Origin: Alphaproteobacteria bacterium | GTDB taxonomy: Bacteria > Pseudomonadota > Alphaproteobacteria > RS24 | NCBI GenBank assembly: GCA_965660195.1 | Contig: CBFHZM010000001.1 | Location: 9,096 to 73,095, forward strand | Direction of reading: 5' to 3' | DNA: 64,000 bases | Shown here: positions 29,519-38,730 of the stretch, one piece after another | Layout of the letters: the number at the start of each line of letters is the position of its first letter | Position numbering within the stretch: the stretch's first letter is position 1 | Program-made: the position numbers and the translations under genes | The notes under the pieces: generated by a model | Told to the model about the DNA's origin: nothing | The model's database searches: none | What the model saw: the letters and a program-made list of their open reading frames with translations, nothing else

Positions 29519-31066
29519 GTGCACGAGAATTTAGAGCAAAATACGCCGATACTGGTCGGTGCTGGTATGGTGGTGCAGAAGGAGAAAGACCTGAGCAAGG
29601 CGCGATCACCGCTCGATTTATTGGTTGCCGCCGCACAAAATGCATTGCAGGACACGGGGTTAGGGCAGGGGCTTCTGGCTCATATCGATGCTGTTGCGGG
29701 TTTGCGCTTCATTACCGACTCTCCCGAGGCGCGCGGTTTACCCTTCGGACAATATCCAAACCCAGGCCGTAGTGTGGCCAATCGACTTGGATTTATCCCA
29801 CGGCACTGCTTCTATGCTCCGACGGGCGGTAACACGCCACAATTCATGATCAATGATATGGCTGAGCGCATACATAATGGCGACGTTGAGACCGTTCTGC
29901 TGGTGGGCGGCGAGGGGCTTGCCAGCGTTATGCGAGCGGTCGCCACGGGCGTCGATAAATCTGATTGGAATGATGCGCCCGATGGTGATTGCACGGGGTA
30001 CGGGGTCGACAAGGGTGGTGTATCACCAACTGAGCAGGCGCATGGTATGTCGTTTCCAGTCAACACCTATCCGCTTCTAGAAAACGCTTTGCGTGGCGCG
30101 CTCGGACGTGATGTCGCCAGCCACGCGCAGAGCATGGGCGCTTTGATGGAGCACTTTACGCAAGTGGCGGCGCAGCACCCGATGAGCTGGTTTCCCGTAG
30201 CCCGAAGCGCCGAGGAACTGATCACTGTCTCGGATCATAATCGCTGGGTCGGTTCTCCATATCCGAAATATTTGAACTCGGTCATTCAGGTTGACCAAGC
30301 TGCTGCTGTGATTTTAACCTCGGTCGGCAAGGCTCGAGAAATGGGAATTGACCCCGCTTTATGGGTGTTCTTACATGGATGCGCCGATGCCAATGAGACT
30401 TGGCATGTTTCGGAGCGGCAAGATTTGCATCGTTCTTACGCAATTAATTATATGACCGAAGCGGCTCTCAATATGGCGGGTTGGACGGCGGACGAGATTG
30501 ACTTTTTTGATCTCTATTCCTGTTTTCCCGTCGCTGTTGAGGTCGCTTGTCGCGAGATCGGGCTGTCAGAGCAAGATCCGCGCGGTCTCACAGTTACTGG
30601 CGGCTTGCCGTATTTCGGCGGCGCCGGAAATTGTTATACCTTGCTGTCCGTCGCCACGATGATGCAAAAACTGCGGGCAGCGCCTGGGCGCAAAGGCTTG
30701 TGTACGGGCAATGGTTGGTATCTGACGAAGCATTCAATCGGCCTTTACTCAGCAGCGGCGCCTAGCCAAGCTTGGACAGCACCCACGAGCAGAGCGGTAC
30801 AAAAGCGGATTGACGATCTGCCGAAACGCACCGTTGACGCGGCACCTAATGGGACCGCTCACATCGACACTTACAGCGTCATCCACCCTGCTGGTAAACC
30901 TAGAGTTGGACTGGTTATTGGCACGCTGGAGGCAAGTAATGCGCGGTTCGTGGCGCATGTCGCCGATGAAAACGGGGTGCTCGATGCTATGCTACAAGAC
31001 GAGTTCCTGGGTAAAAAAGGCCATGTTGTGGCCGGTGAGGTGAATTATTTCACACCAGAAGGCTAA
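29519..31066 (+). CDS. Thiolase-fold protein lacking obvious canonical nucleophile loop, with C-terminal OB-fold (DUF35-like) extension
   Basis: 515 aa with a GTG start 7 nt after GAGGGA. The thiolase-like core has GGE..., LYSCFP and VTGGLPYFGGAGN. The C-terminal ~100 aa (GTAHIDTYSVIH...GLVIGTLE...) resemble DUF35 OB-fold proteins. Confidence 0.7.
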   Translation: MHENLEQNTPILVGAGMVVQKEKDLSKARSPLDLLVAAAQNALQDTGLGQGLLAHIDAVAGLRFITDSPEARGLPFGQYPNPGRSVANRLGFIPRHCFYAPTGGNTPQFMINDMAERIHNGDVETVLLVGGEGLASVMRAVATGVDKSDWNDAPDGDCTGYGVDKGGVSPTEQAHGMSFPVNTYPLLENALRGALGRDVASHAQSMGALMEHFTQVAAQHPMSWFPVARSAEELITVSDHNRWVGSPYPKYLNSVIQVDQAAAVILTSVGKAREMGIDPALWVFLHGCADANETWHVSERQDLHRSYAINYMTEAALNMAGWTADEIDFFDLYSCFPVAVEVACREIGLSEQDPRGLTVTGGLPYFGGAGNCYTLLSVATMMQKLRAAPGRKGLCTGNGWYLTKHSIGLYSAAAPSQAWTAPTSRAVQKRIDDLPKRTVDAAPNGTAHIDTYSVIHPAGKPRVGLVIGTLEASNARFVAHVADENGVLDAMLQDEFLGKKGHVVAGEVNYFTPEG

Positions 31067-31069
31067 ATC

Positions 31070-31654
31070 ATGACAACACGACGTATCTTTATGATCCGCC
31101 ACGGCAAGGCGGCCGCGGGCTGGGGACAAGACGCCGACCCGCCACTTGATGCAACGGGTCGCGACCAAGCCATCGCTATGGTCGAGGCGTTGCAAAATTT
31201 GGTTAGCGGGCCGCTGCCCATTTTGACAAGCCCTCTCAGGCGCTGTCAGGAAACAGCCGTGCCTTTGGCGCAGGCCTGGCAGACGCATCCGCGCATCGAG
31301 CCTCGTTTGCGCGAGTTGCCATCGCCAATGTCAGATTTATCTCTTCGGGTCGAGTGGTTACGCCGGGTTATGCGGGGGGATTGGCCGAGCCTAGAGAGCG
31401 ATCCCGAGAGTGTGGGGACTGATTTCTTGGCGTGGCGCGAAGGTATTTTGTCATTGCTCACGCAAGATTTTACAACCGATATCGTCATGGTCTCGCATTT
31501 TATCGCCATCAATGTCGCGCATGGTGCGGCCGCGGGGCATAACCGCGTGGTGGGCTTTCAGCCCGATAATTGCTCAATTACGATTTTCGAAACCGATGGA
31601 ACGCGTTTATCCTGCATTGCGACGGGCGTTGAGGCCGAAACGAAAGTCAATTAA
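31070..31654 (+). CDS. Histidine phosphatase (phosphoglycerate mutase-like) family protein
   Basis: 194 aa with an N-terminal RHG motif (IFMIRHGKAA) and a downstream SH..I motif (VMVSHFIAI). It starts 3 nt after the thiolase-like gene. Confidence 0.8.
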   Translation: MTTRRIFMIRHGKAAAGWGQDADPPLDATGRDQAIAMVEALQNLVSGPLPILTSPLRRCQETAVPLAQAWQTHPRIEPRLRELPSPMSDLSLRVEWLRRVMRGDWPSLESDPESVGTDFLAWREGILSLLTQDFTTDIVMVSHFIAINVAHGAAAGHNRVVGFQPDNCSITIFETDGTRLSCIATGVEAETKVN

Positions 31655-31778
31655 GTGGTGGAGGTCTGCTGTTAAATGGGTGAGAGAAAATCTATTGCCT
31701 ACTTAACAGGGTATAGCTTTTGCAACGCGAGCCTGCTATAGGCTAATCAAATTTTAAGGATCAGTCGCTTAAACCAGA

Positions 31779-31863
31779 GCGGGCGTGGCGGAATTGGTAG
31801 ACGCGCTAGATTTAGGTTCTAGTGTCTTACGGCGTGGGGGTTCAAGTCCCTCCGCCCGCACCA
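31779..31863 (+). tRNA. tRNA-Leu (anticodon UAG), class II with long variable arm, CCA encoded
   Basis: Acceptor GCGGGCG/CGCCCGC, anticodon stem CTAGA/TCTAG with loop TTTAGGT, T-loop GGGGGTTCAAGTCCCTC, and a 3' ACCA. Confidence 0.93.
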
Positions 31864-31902
31864 GGTTAGGCAGTGATTGAGGCGCAGCACAAGAGAGGAA
31901 TT

Positions 31903-33414
31903 ATGCAAGTCAAAGAAACAAAATCAGACGGTTTGGCACGGGTGCTCGAAGTGACCATCTCCGCGCAAGATCTTGACGCGCGCATGTCTACACGTTTGGA
32001 CGAAATCAAAGGTCAAGTTCAGCTCAAAGGGTTTCGGCCAGGGAAAGTGCCAGCCGACCACTTGCGCAAAACTTATGGTCAGCAGGTCATGTCAGAAATC
32101 GTGCAACAAGTGGTTGGCGAGTCCAGCCAGAAAGCTCTGACAGATCGCAATGAGCGTCCAGCGCTGCAGCCTGATATCAGCCTTGTTGGAGAAGCCGAGC
32201 AAATTTTGGCGGGGAAGGCGGATCTTGTTTACGAAATGAGTTTCGAGATCATTCCTGAGATTAAACTCACGGACTTCTCAAAACTAGAATTGGTACGCCC
32301 CGTTGCCAAGGTGACCGTGGAGCAGGTGCAAGACTCGTTGTCGCGTCTTGCGAGTTCGCGCCAAACTTTCGCCGCCAAGGATGCCAAAGAAAAAGCAAAA
32401 TCCGGCGATCAGGTGAAGATAGACTTCATCGGCCGCATCGATGGCGAAGCTTTTGACGGTGGTACGGCTGAAGGTGTTAATTTGGTGCTTGGCTCTGGGC
32501 AGTTTATCCCAGGCTTTGAGGAGCAATTAGAGGGTAGTAAAGCTGGCGACGCGCTGGACGTGAAAGTGACTTTCCCTGAAGATTACGGTAGCGAAGCTCT
32601 GGCTGGTAAAGAAGCTGTATTCGAGTGCAAGGTGCATGAAGTCAGCGCCCCGAGCGAAACCGCTATTGACGATGACTTTGCCACTAGCCTCGGTATGGAA
32701 AATCTCGACAAGCTCAAGGAAGCGATCGAGGAACAAATTCAGCGGGACTATGGTCAAATGTCGCGCACGCATCTGAAAAAAGCTCTGCTAGACGCTTTGG
32801 ATGCGACGCATGATTTTGAATTGCCGCCCGGTATGGTCAATCTCGAGTTTGATCAAATTTGGCATCAATTTGAACATGAGCTTGAGCATCAAAATAAGAA
32901 AATTGAAGACCTCGACGAAGATGAAGAGAGCCTCCGCGCCGAGTATCGCGGCATAGCCGAACGCCGCGTTCGCACTGGACTCGTCTTGGCTGAAGTTGGA
33001 ACGCAAAATAAAATTGAAGTGACGCAAGAGGAAGTTAATCAAGCGCTGATGGAGCGTGTCCGCCAATTCCCGGGGCAGGAGCGGCAAGTCCTTGAATATT
33101 TCCAGAAAAACCCGGATGCCATGGCCCAAGTTCGAGCGCCAGTTTTCGAAGAGAAGGTCGTGGACTTTATCGTCGAGATGGCAAAGGTGACAGAAACGGA
33201 AGTGTCACTCGAGGATTTGATGCGCGATCCGGCCGAGGAGGCTGACGGGGAAGAGAAAAAGCCCGCTAAGAAAAAAGCCGCCGCCAAAAAACCAGCCGCA
33301 AAAAAAGCAGCGACTGACAAAGCTGATGATAAAAAGCCTGCGGCAAAAAAGACCCCGGCAAAGAAACCGGCTGCGAAAAAGGCAACTGCGTCGAAGTCAA
33401 AAAAGGCTGAATAA
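31903..33414 (+). CDS. tig: Trigger factor with K/A/P-rich C-terminal tail
   Basis: MQVKETKSDGL... start after AAGAGAGGA, an FKBP-type PPIase segment (FIGRIDGEAFDGG) and a ~55-aa AKKPAAKK-type tail. The track start at 31873 is an upstream GTG extension. Confidence 0.92.
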   Translation: MQVKETKSDGLARVLEVTISAQDLDARMSTRLDEIKGQVQLKGFRPGKVPADHLRKTYGQQVMSEIVQQVVGESSQKALTDRNERPALQPDISLVGEAEQILAGKADLVYEMSFEIIPEIKLTDFSKLELVRPVAKVTVEQVQDSLSRLASSRQTFAAKDAKEKAKSGDQVKIDFIGRIDGEAFDGGTAEGVNLVLGSGQFIPGFEEQLEGSKAGDALDVKVTFPEDYGSEALAGKEAVFECKVHEVSAPSETAIDDDFATSLGMENLDKLKEAIEEQIQRDYGQMSRTHLKKALLDALDATHDFELPPGMVNLEFDQIWHQFEHELEHQNKKIEDLDEDEESLRAEYRGIAERRVRTGLVLAEVGTQNKIEVTQEEVNQALMERVRQFPGQERQVLEYFQKNPDAMAQVRAPVFEEKVVDFIVEMAKVTETEVSLEDLMRDPAEEADGEEKKPAKKKAAAKKPAAKKAATDKADDKKPAAKKTPAKKPAAKKATASKSKKAE

Positions 33415-33432
33415 ACTTTCTATCTTTTCGGC

Positions 33433-33461
33433 CTTGGCAATTTTGCCGACTTACACCACAT
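33433..33461 (+). promoter_or_regulatory. Candidate RpoH (sigma-32)-type promoter upstream of clpP
   Basis: CTTGGCA-N14-CACCACAT. The same CACCACAT 8-mer with a CTTGAAT -35 is found upstream of lon. Confidence 0.4.
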
Positions 33462-33502
33462 TCAGTGGATAAGAAGTATAATGGCGAAGAACGGAGTTTA
33501 CG

Positions 33503-34141
33503 ATGTCTGATGTGATGGAAACCTATATGAGTACGCTAGTCCCAATGGTTGTTGAGCAAACAAGCCGTGGAGAGCGGGCTTATGATATTTATTCGCGCTT
33601 GCTTAAAGAGCGGGTGATTTTTGTCACGGGACCAATCGAAGATTATATGGCCAGCCTTATTACGGCGCAGTTGCTGTTTTTGGAGGCTGAGAACCCCAAA
33701 AAAGAAATATCAATGTATATCAATTCGCCGGGCGGCGTGGTGACGGCTGGCATGGCGATTTATGATACCATGCAATATATCCGCCCGCCCGTGTCGACCT
33801 TGTGCATTGGCCAAGCGGCCTCGATGGGCTCGCTGCTTCTGGCCGCCGGTGAGAAGGATATGCGGTTTGCCTTACCAAACGCTCGTATCATGGTGCATCA
33901 GCCCTCAGGCGGGTTTCAAGGGCAGGCCTCTGATATTGAGCGCCATGCGCAAGAAATTCTCGATATGCGGGCGCGCCTGAATAAAATCTATGTCAATCAT
34001 ACAGGCCAAACTTTAAGAAAAATTGAAGATGCGTTAGAGCGCGATACATTTATGACAGCCGATCAGGCTAAGGATTTTGGTCTGATCGATAAAGTTGTTA
34101 CAGCGCGCGGCACGGATGATGCATCGAAAGACAAAGCATAG
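33503..34141 (+). CDS. clpP: ATP-dependent Clp protease proteolytic subunit
   Basis: 212 aa with [23 protein letters not shown] and the catalytic Ser region GQAASMGS. Confidence 0.96.
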   Translation: MSDVMETYMSTLVPMVVEQTSRGERAYDIYSRLLKERVIFVTGPIEDYMASLITAQLLFLEAENPKKEISMYINSPGGVVTAGMAIYDTMQYIRPPVSTLCIGQAASMGSLLLAAGEKDMRFALPNARIMVHQPSGGFQGQASDIERHAQEILDMRARLNKIYVNHTGQTLRKIEDALERDTFMTADQAKDFGLIDKVVTARGTDDASKDKA

Positions 34142-34243
34142 ACCTCGTTGATGGTGCGCCAATGACAAGGCTTGTCTAGGCGGTGCGAATTATGGTGTTA
34201 TAAAAGTCCTGATTGAGTCGGCGATGAAAAAGGATACGAGAAA

Positions 34244-35524
34244 TTGAGCAAAGTAGGATCTGGCGATAGCAAAAGTACGCTTTACTGCTCTTTCTGCGGA
34301 AAGAGTCAACACGAAGTCCGTAAACTGATCGCCGGGCCAACTGTCTTCATTTGTGATGAATGCGTCGAGTTGTGCATGGATATCATCCGCGAGGAGAGTA
34401 AAGCTTCGCTGGTTAAGACAGCCGACGGTGTGCCAACGCCGCATGAAATTCTCGAAGTTCTTGACGATTATGTGATCGGCCAGAACCACGCCAAGCGGGT
34501 TTTGTCTGTTGCCGTTCATAATCACTACAAGCGCCTGAAGCACGCTGGTAAAACCGGTGATGTTGAGCTTTCAAAGTCAAATATTCTGCTTGTCGGACCG
34601 ACGGGGTGCGGCAAAACGCTGTTGGCGCAGACACTGGCGCGCATTCTCGATGTGCCCTTTACCATGGCCGATGCGACAACGCTGACCGAGGCAGGGTATG
34701 TTGGCGAAGATGTTGAGAATATAATTCTAAAGTTGCTGCAGGCTGCCGATTATAATGTCGAGCGGGCACAGCGCGGTATCGTTTATATCGACGAGGTTGA
34801 TAAAATTACGCGCAAGGCGGAAAACCCCTCGATCACGCGAGATGTATCGGGCGAGGGGGTTCAGCAAGCTCTGTTGAAAATCATGGAGGGCACCGTTGCC
34901 TCCGTTCCGCCGCAAGGTGGGCGTAAACACCCGCAGCAAGAATTCCTGCAAGTCGATACGACTAATATTCTATTTATTTGTGGTGGGGCCTTTGCCGGTC
35001 TGGACAAAATGATCGCTAAGCGCGGTCTTGAAACCTCAATTGGCTTTGGCGCCAATGTGCAAGTGCAGGAGGAGCGCAAGACCGGCGACCTCTTGAAGTT
35101 GATTGAACCTGAAGATTTGCTGAAATTTGGCCTCATCCCAGAATTTGTGGGCCGCCTTCCTGTGCTAGCAACGCTTGAGGATTTAGACGAAGACGCGTTG
35201 GTGACGATCTTGACTGAACCCAAAAATGCTTTGGTGCGTCAGTATCAAAGTTTGTTCGGCATGGAAGACGTTAAATTGACCTTTACCGATGAGGCCTTGC
35301 GGGCCATTGCGCAAAAGGCGATTGAGCGTAAAACGGGGGCGCGGGGTCTACGATCAGTGCTCGAGGGGATTTTGCTTGATACTATGTTCGAGCTACCAGC
35401 GCTTGAAAATGTTGAAGAAGTGGTCGTGAACCCTGAGGTGATTGAGGGTAATGCCAAGCCGCTCTATATTTACGCGCCGCAAAAAGAAGAGAGCCTGTCA
35501 GCCTCATCGACCTCTGCGTCATAA
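34244..35524 (+). CDS. clpX: ATP-dependent Clp protease ATP-binding subunit ClpX
   Basis: TTG start. It has an N-terminal zinc finger ([20 protein letters not shown]...ICDECV), Walker A GPTGCGKT and IVYIDEVDK. Confidence 0.95.
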   Translation: MSKVGSGDSKSTLYCSFCGKSQHEVRKLIAGPTVFICDECVELCMDIIREESKASLVKTADGVPTPHEILEVLDDYVIGQNHAKRVLSVAVHNHYKRLKHAGKTGDVELSKSNILLVGPTGCGKTLLAQTLARILDVPFTMADATTLTEAGYVGEDVENIILKLLQAADYNVERAQRGIVYIDEVDKITRKAENPSITRDVSGEGVQQALLKIMEGTVASVPPQGGRKHPQQEFLQVDTTNILFICGGAFAGLDKMIAKRGLETSIGFGANVQVQEERKTGDLLKLIEPEDLLKFGLIPEFVGRLPVLATLEDLDEDALVTILTEPKNALVRQYQSLFGMEDVKLTFTDEALRAIAQKAIERKTGARGLRSVLEGILLDTMFELPALENVEEVVVNPEVIEGNAKPLYIYAPQKEESLSASSTSAS

Positions 35525-35562
35525 TATCTCAAGAAATGTCTTTGTGGACGTAAGTCCCAACT

Positions 35563-35590
35563 CTTGAATTCGGCATTTTTATCACCACAT
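35563..35590 (+). promoter_or_regulatory. Candidate RpoH (sigma-32)-type promoter upstream of lon
   Basis: CTTGAAT-N13-CACCACAT, about 165 nt upstream of the lon ATG. It resembles CTTGAA / CCCCATNT heat-shock promoters. Confidence 0.4.
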
Positions 35591-35753
35591 AGAGAGTAGG
35601 CACAGGAAGCTGTGAATGCCCTAGTGTTTTGTTTTGACCCCGCTTCATGAATCACGGGGTAATAAAACATCACTGCAAGATTGTGCATGTGCCGCGGGCA
35701 GGTGGTCTGTGCCTGGCTGTCCAAGGGTAGCAAGTTGTCGGAAAGGACATATA

Positions 35754-38183
35754 ATGAGCGATCAAGAATTCACCAAAGCGTCGAGGCAAGATCCGATTCC
35801 TGAGGTTTTGCCGGTTTTACCGCTACGGAATATTGTCGTCTACCCAGGAATGATCGTGCCACTTTTTGTTGGTCGCGAGAAATCGGTCCGTGCCCTTGAA
35901 GACGTCATGGATAATGACAAACAGGTGATGCTGGTATGCCAGAAAGATGGCGACAAGGACGAGCCAGACGAAGCCGACTTGAACGGTATCGGAACCATCG
36001 GTACGATTTTGCAGTTGCTTAAACTTCCTGACGGAACCGTGAAAGTGCTGGTCGAAGGGATCCAGCGCGCTAAGGTGCTCGAGTTCTTGCCCAATGAAGC
36101 CTTTTTTGAGGTGAGCACTTTGCCGTTAACCGAAGAGCCGGGGCGCGACGAGGAGGTCAAGCCCCTCATGCAGGCTGCCATCAAACAGTTTGAAGGTTAT
36201 GTTAAGCTGAACCGGAAAATTCCACCTGAAGTGCAATCTAGTCTTGTAGATATTACCAGCGCCGCGAAGCTGGTCGATACGATCGCGACGCATTTGAATG
36301 TGAGCCTGTCTGACAAGCAAAGGCTTTTGGAAATGTTGTCGGTGACCGAGCGCCTCGAGACCGTCATCGGCTACATGGAAGGCGAGGTCGGTGTTCTGCA
36401 GGTCGAGAAGAAGATCCGGGGTCGCGTCAAGCGCCAGATGGAAAAGACCCAACGCGAATATTATTTGAATGAGCAATTAAAAGCGATCCAGAAGGAGCTT
36501 GGCGAAAGCGAGGACGGCACGGACGAGTTGTCGGAGCTCGAAGATAAAATTAAGAAAACCAAGCTTTCCAAGGAAGCTCGGGAAAAAGCTCAGGCTGAAA
36601 TGAAAAAATTACGCTCGATGAGCCCCATGTCGGCGGAAGCAACTGTCGTCCGGAATTATTTGGATTGGTTGCTATCGGTACCCTGGAAGAAGAAGGGGAA
36701 AGTTAAAAAAGATCTCGGTCTGGCCGAGGAAACGCTTGAGACCGATCACTATGGTCTTGAGAAGGTGAAAGAGCGGATCCTCGAGTATCTAGCGGTGCAA
36801 CAGCGCGCCAACAAACTTCGCGGTCCGATCTTGTGCCTCGTCGGCCCTCCCGGTGTAGGGAAGACCTCTCTCGGTAAGTCGATCGCAAAGGCTACGGGCC
36901 GCGAATTTGTCCGTATGTCGCTCGGCGGCGTGCGCGATGAGAGCGAAATCCGCGGTCACCGCCGGACATATATTGGCTCAATGCCAGGCAAGGTCATTCA
37001 GTCGATGAAGAAGGTCAAAACCAGCAACCCGCTGATGTTGCTCGATGAGATTGATAAGCTTGGTGCCGACTATCGCGGCGACCCCTCATCGGCCCTGCTT
37101 GAGGTTCTCGACCCCGAGCAAAACAATAGCTTTAACGACCACTACCTTGAAGTCGATTACGATCTCTCGAATGTGATGTTCGTGACGACCGCGAATTCAC
37201 TCAATATTCCGGGGCCGTTATTGGACCGTATGGAAGTGATACGTATTGCTGGTTACACCGAAGATGAAAAAATCGAGATTGCGAAGCAGCATCTCCTGCC
37301 ACAAGCGGTTGAAGAGCACGGTCTGCGAGCTGGCGAGTTTGAACTCGCAGATGAGGTTTTGCGCGATATTATCCGGTATTATACCCGCGAGGCTGGGGTG
37401 CGGAACTTGAAGCGTGAAATTGCTAATTTGGCGCGGAAAGCCGTGACCGAAATCGTTAGAGGTAAAGGGCAAACAGTCTCGGTAACACCTGAAAATCTGC
37501 CGGATTACCTCGGTGTACGACGGCATCGGTTTGGCTTGGCTGAGAGCGACGATCAGGTTGGGGTTGTAACTGGTCTGGCTTGGACCGAGGTGGGCGGCGA
37601 ACTATTAACCATCGAAGGGGTTATGTTGCCTGGTAAGGGACGCATGACAACGACGGGGAAACTCGGCGATGTTATGAAAGAATCAATCAATGCTGCCTCG
37701 TCTTATGTCCGCTCGAGAAGCACCGTTTTTGGCATTGAGCCGCCACTTTTCGAACGAAAAGACATTCACGTCCACGTACCCGAGGGGGCGACCCCAAAGG
37801 ACGGACCATCGGCCGGGACAGCCATGGCGACGGCGATTGTGTCGGTGATGACGGGTATTCCTGTGCGCAAAGAAATCGCTATGACCGGCGAGGTTACCTT
37901 GCGCGGACGCGTACTGCCGATTGGTGGATTAAAAGAAAAACTTTTGGCGGCACTGCGTGGCGGCATCTCTAAGGTATTGATTCCTAAGGAAAATGAGAAG
38001 GACCTCGCAGACATTCCTGATAATATCAAGGATGGGCTCGAGATCATTCCAGTGGAAAGCATGGATGAAGTTTTGCGGCATGCTTTGGTCTCAATGCCAA
38101 CAGCGATCGATTGGGATGAGGATGCGTATAATGCTTCGAAGGCAGCGCAGCAGGCAGAAAGTGCTTCGGTAATCCCGCATTAG
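35754..38183 (+). CDS. lon: Endopeptidase La (Lon protease)
   Basis: MSDQEF...LPVLPLRNIVVYPG LON N-domain, Walker A GPPGVGKTS and proteolytic Ser PKDGPSAG. The ATG at 35754 follows GAAAGGA; the track ORF start at 35634 is an extension. Confidence 0.95.
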   Translation: MSDQEFTKASRQDPIPEVLPVLPLRNIVVYPGMIVPLFVGREKSVRALEDVMDNDKQVMLVCQKDGDKDEPDEADLNGIGTIGTILQLLKLPDGTVKVLVEGIQRAKVLEFLPNEAFFEVSTLPLTEEPGRDEEVKPLMQAAIKQFEGYVKLNRKIPPEVQSSLVDITSAAKLVDTIATHLNVSLSDKQRLLEMLSVTERLETVIGYMEGEVGVLQVEKKIRGRVKRQMEKTQREYYLNEQLKAIQKELGESEDGTDELSELEDKIKKTKLSKEAREKAQAEMKKLRSMSPMSAEATVVRNYLDWLLSVPWKKKGKVKKDLGLAEETLETDHYGLEKVKERILEYLAVQQRANKLRGPILCLVGPPGVGKTSLGKSIAKATGREFVRMSLGGVRDESEIRGHRRTYIGSMPGKVIQSMKKVKTSNPLMLLDEIDKLGADYRGDPSSALLEVLDPEQNNSFNDHYLEVDYDLSNVMFVTTANSLNIPGPLLDRMEVIRIAGYTEDEKIEIAKQHLLPQAVEEHGLRAGEFELADEVLRDIIRYYTREAGVRNLKREIANLARKAVTEIVRGKGQTVSVTPENLPDYLGVRRHRFGLAESDDQVGVVTGLAWTEVGGELLTIEGVMLPGKGRMTTTGKLGDVMKESINAASSYVRSRSTVFGIEPPLFERKDIHVHVPEGATPKDGPSAGTAMATAIVSVMTGIPVRKEIAMTGEVTLRGRVLPIGGLKEKLLAALRGGISKVLIPKENEKDLADIPDNIKDGLEIIPVESMDEVLRHALVSMPTAIDWDEDAYNASKAAQQAESASVIPH

Positions 38184-38284
38184 TGTCTCTAAAAACCGCA
38201 GAAATCCGCTTTTTTTCTTTTGACCGCCTGTCGAATCGGCGCATAGGCTATGGATTGTGGATAGATTATCTTTGAGAGGAAGCC

Positions 38285-38557
38285 ATGAACAAACAGGATT
38301 TGGTAAACAAAGTTGCAGACGACACAGGTCTTTCAAAAGCAGACGCTGGCCGTGCCGTTGATAGTGTATTTGACTCGATCACAGCTCAGCTCGCTTCTGG
38401 CGGAGAGGTTCGCTTGGTCGGTTTCGGTACTTTTGCCGTTGCGCGACGTAAAGCAACGACGGGTCGGAACCCACGCACGGGTGACACCATTCAGATCGCA
38501 GCTTCAAATGCAGCAAAATTCAAAGCCGGTAAGGCTCTGAAAGACGCGCTGAATTAA
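38285..38557 (+). CDS. hupB: DNA-binding protein HU
   Basis: 90 aa, MNKQDLVNKVA...GFGTFAVARRKATTGRNPRTG, the classic HU/IHF fold signature. Confidence 0.93.
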   Translation: MNKQDLVNKVADDTGLSKADAGRAVDSVFDSITAQLASGGEVRLVGFGTFAVARRKATTGRNPRTGDTIQIAASNAAKFKAGKALKDALN

Positions 38558-38581
38558 GCCGCTATCTTCGATTTAAAAAAA

Positions 38582-38618
38582 AGCGCCGGCTCATATCGAT
38601 GGGTCGGCGTTTTCTTTT
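38582..38618 (+). terminator. Rho-independent terminator after hupB
   Basis: AGCGCCGGCTCAT / loop ATCG / ATGGGTCGGCGTT (10 Watson-Crick pairs, 2 G-U pairs and 1 mismatch out of 13 positions), followed by TTTCTTTTG. Confidence 0.6.
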
Positions 38619-38654
38619 GCATTTTTTTTGCTGTTGCACTATACACGCGTTCAA

Positions 38655-38730
38655 GGGCGGTTAGCTCAGCTGGGAGAGCATCTCGTTTACACCGAGAGGG
38701 TCGGCGGTTCGATCCCGTCACCGCCCACCA
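38655..38730 (+). tRNA. tRNA-Val (anticodon UAC), CCA encoded
   Basis: Acceptor GGGCGGT/ACCGCCC, D-arm GCTCAGCTGGGAGAGC, anticodon loop TTTACAC, and T-arm GGCGGTTCGATCCCGTC. Confidence 0.93.

Noticed and set aside
35634-35753. N-terminal extensions suggested by the ORF track for lon. The same applies to rpmG (5502-5573), tig (31873-31902), mce (55610-55639) and nuoB (39539-39553).
   Set aside because: The internal starts have better SD sequences and reproduce the conserved N-termini of these families. The extensions overlap upstream genes or leaders.
38256-38264. DnaA-box-like TGTGGATAG upstream of hupB.
   Set aside because: It is a single 8/9 match with no cluster of boxes, no AT-rich unwinding element and no origin-linked gene context.
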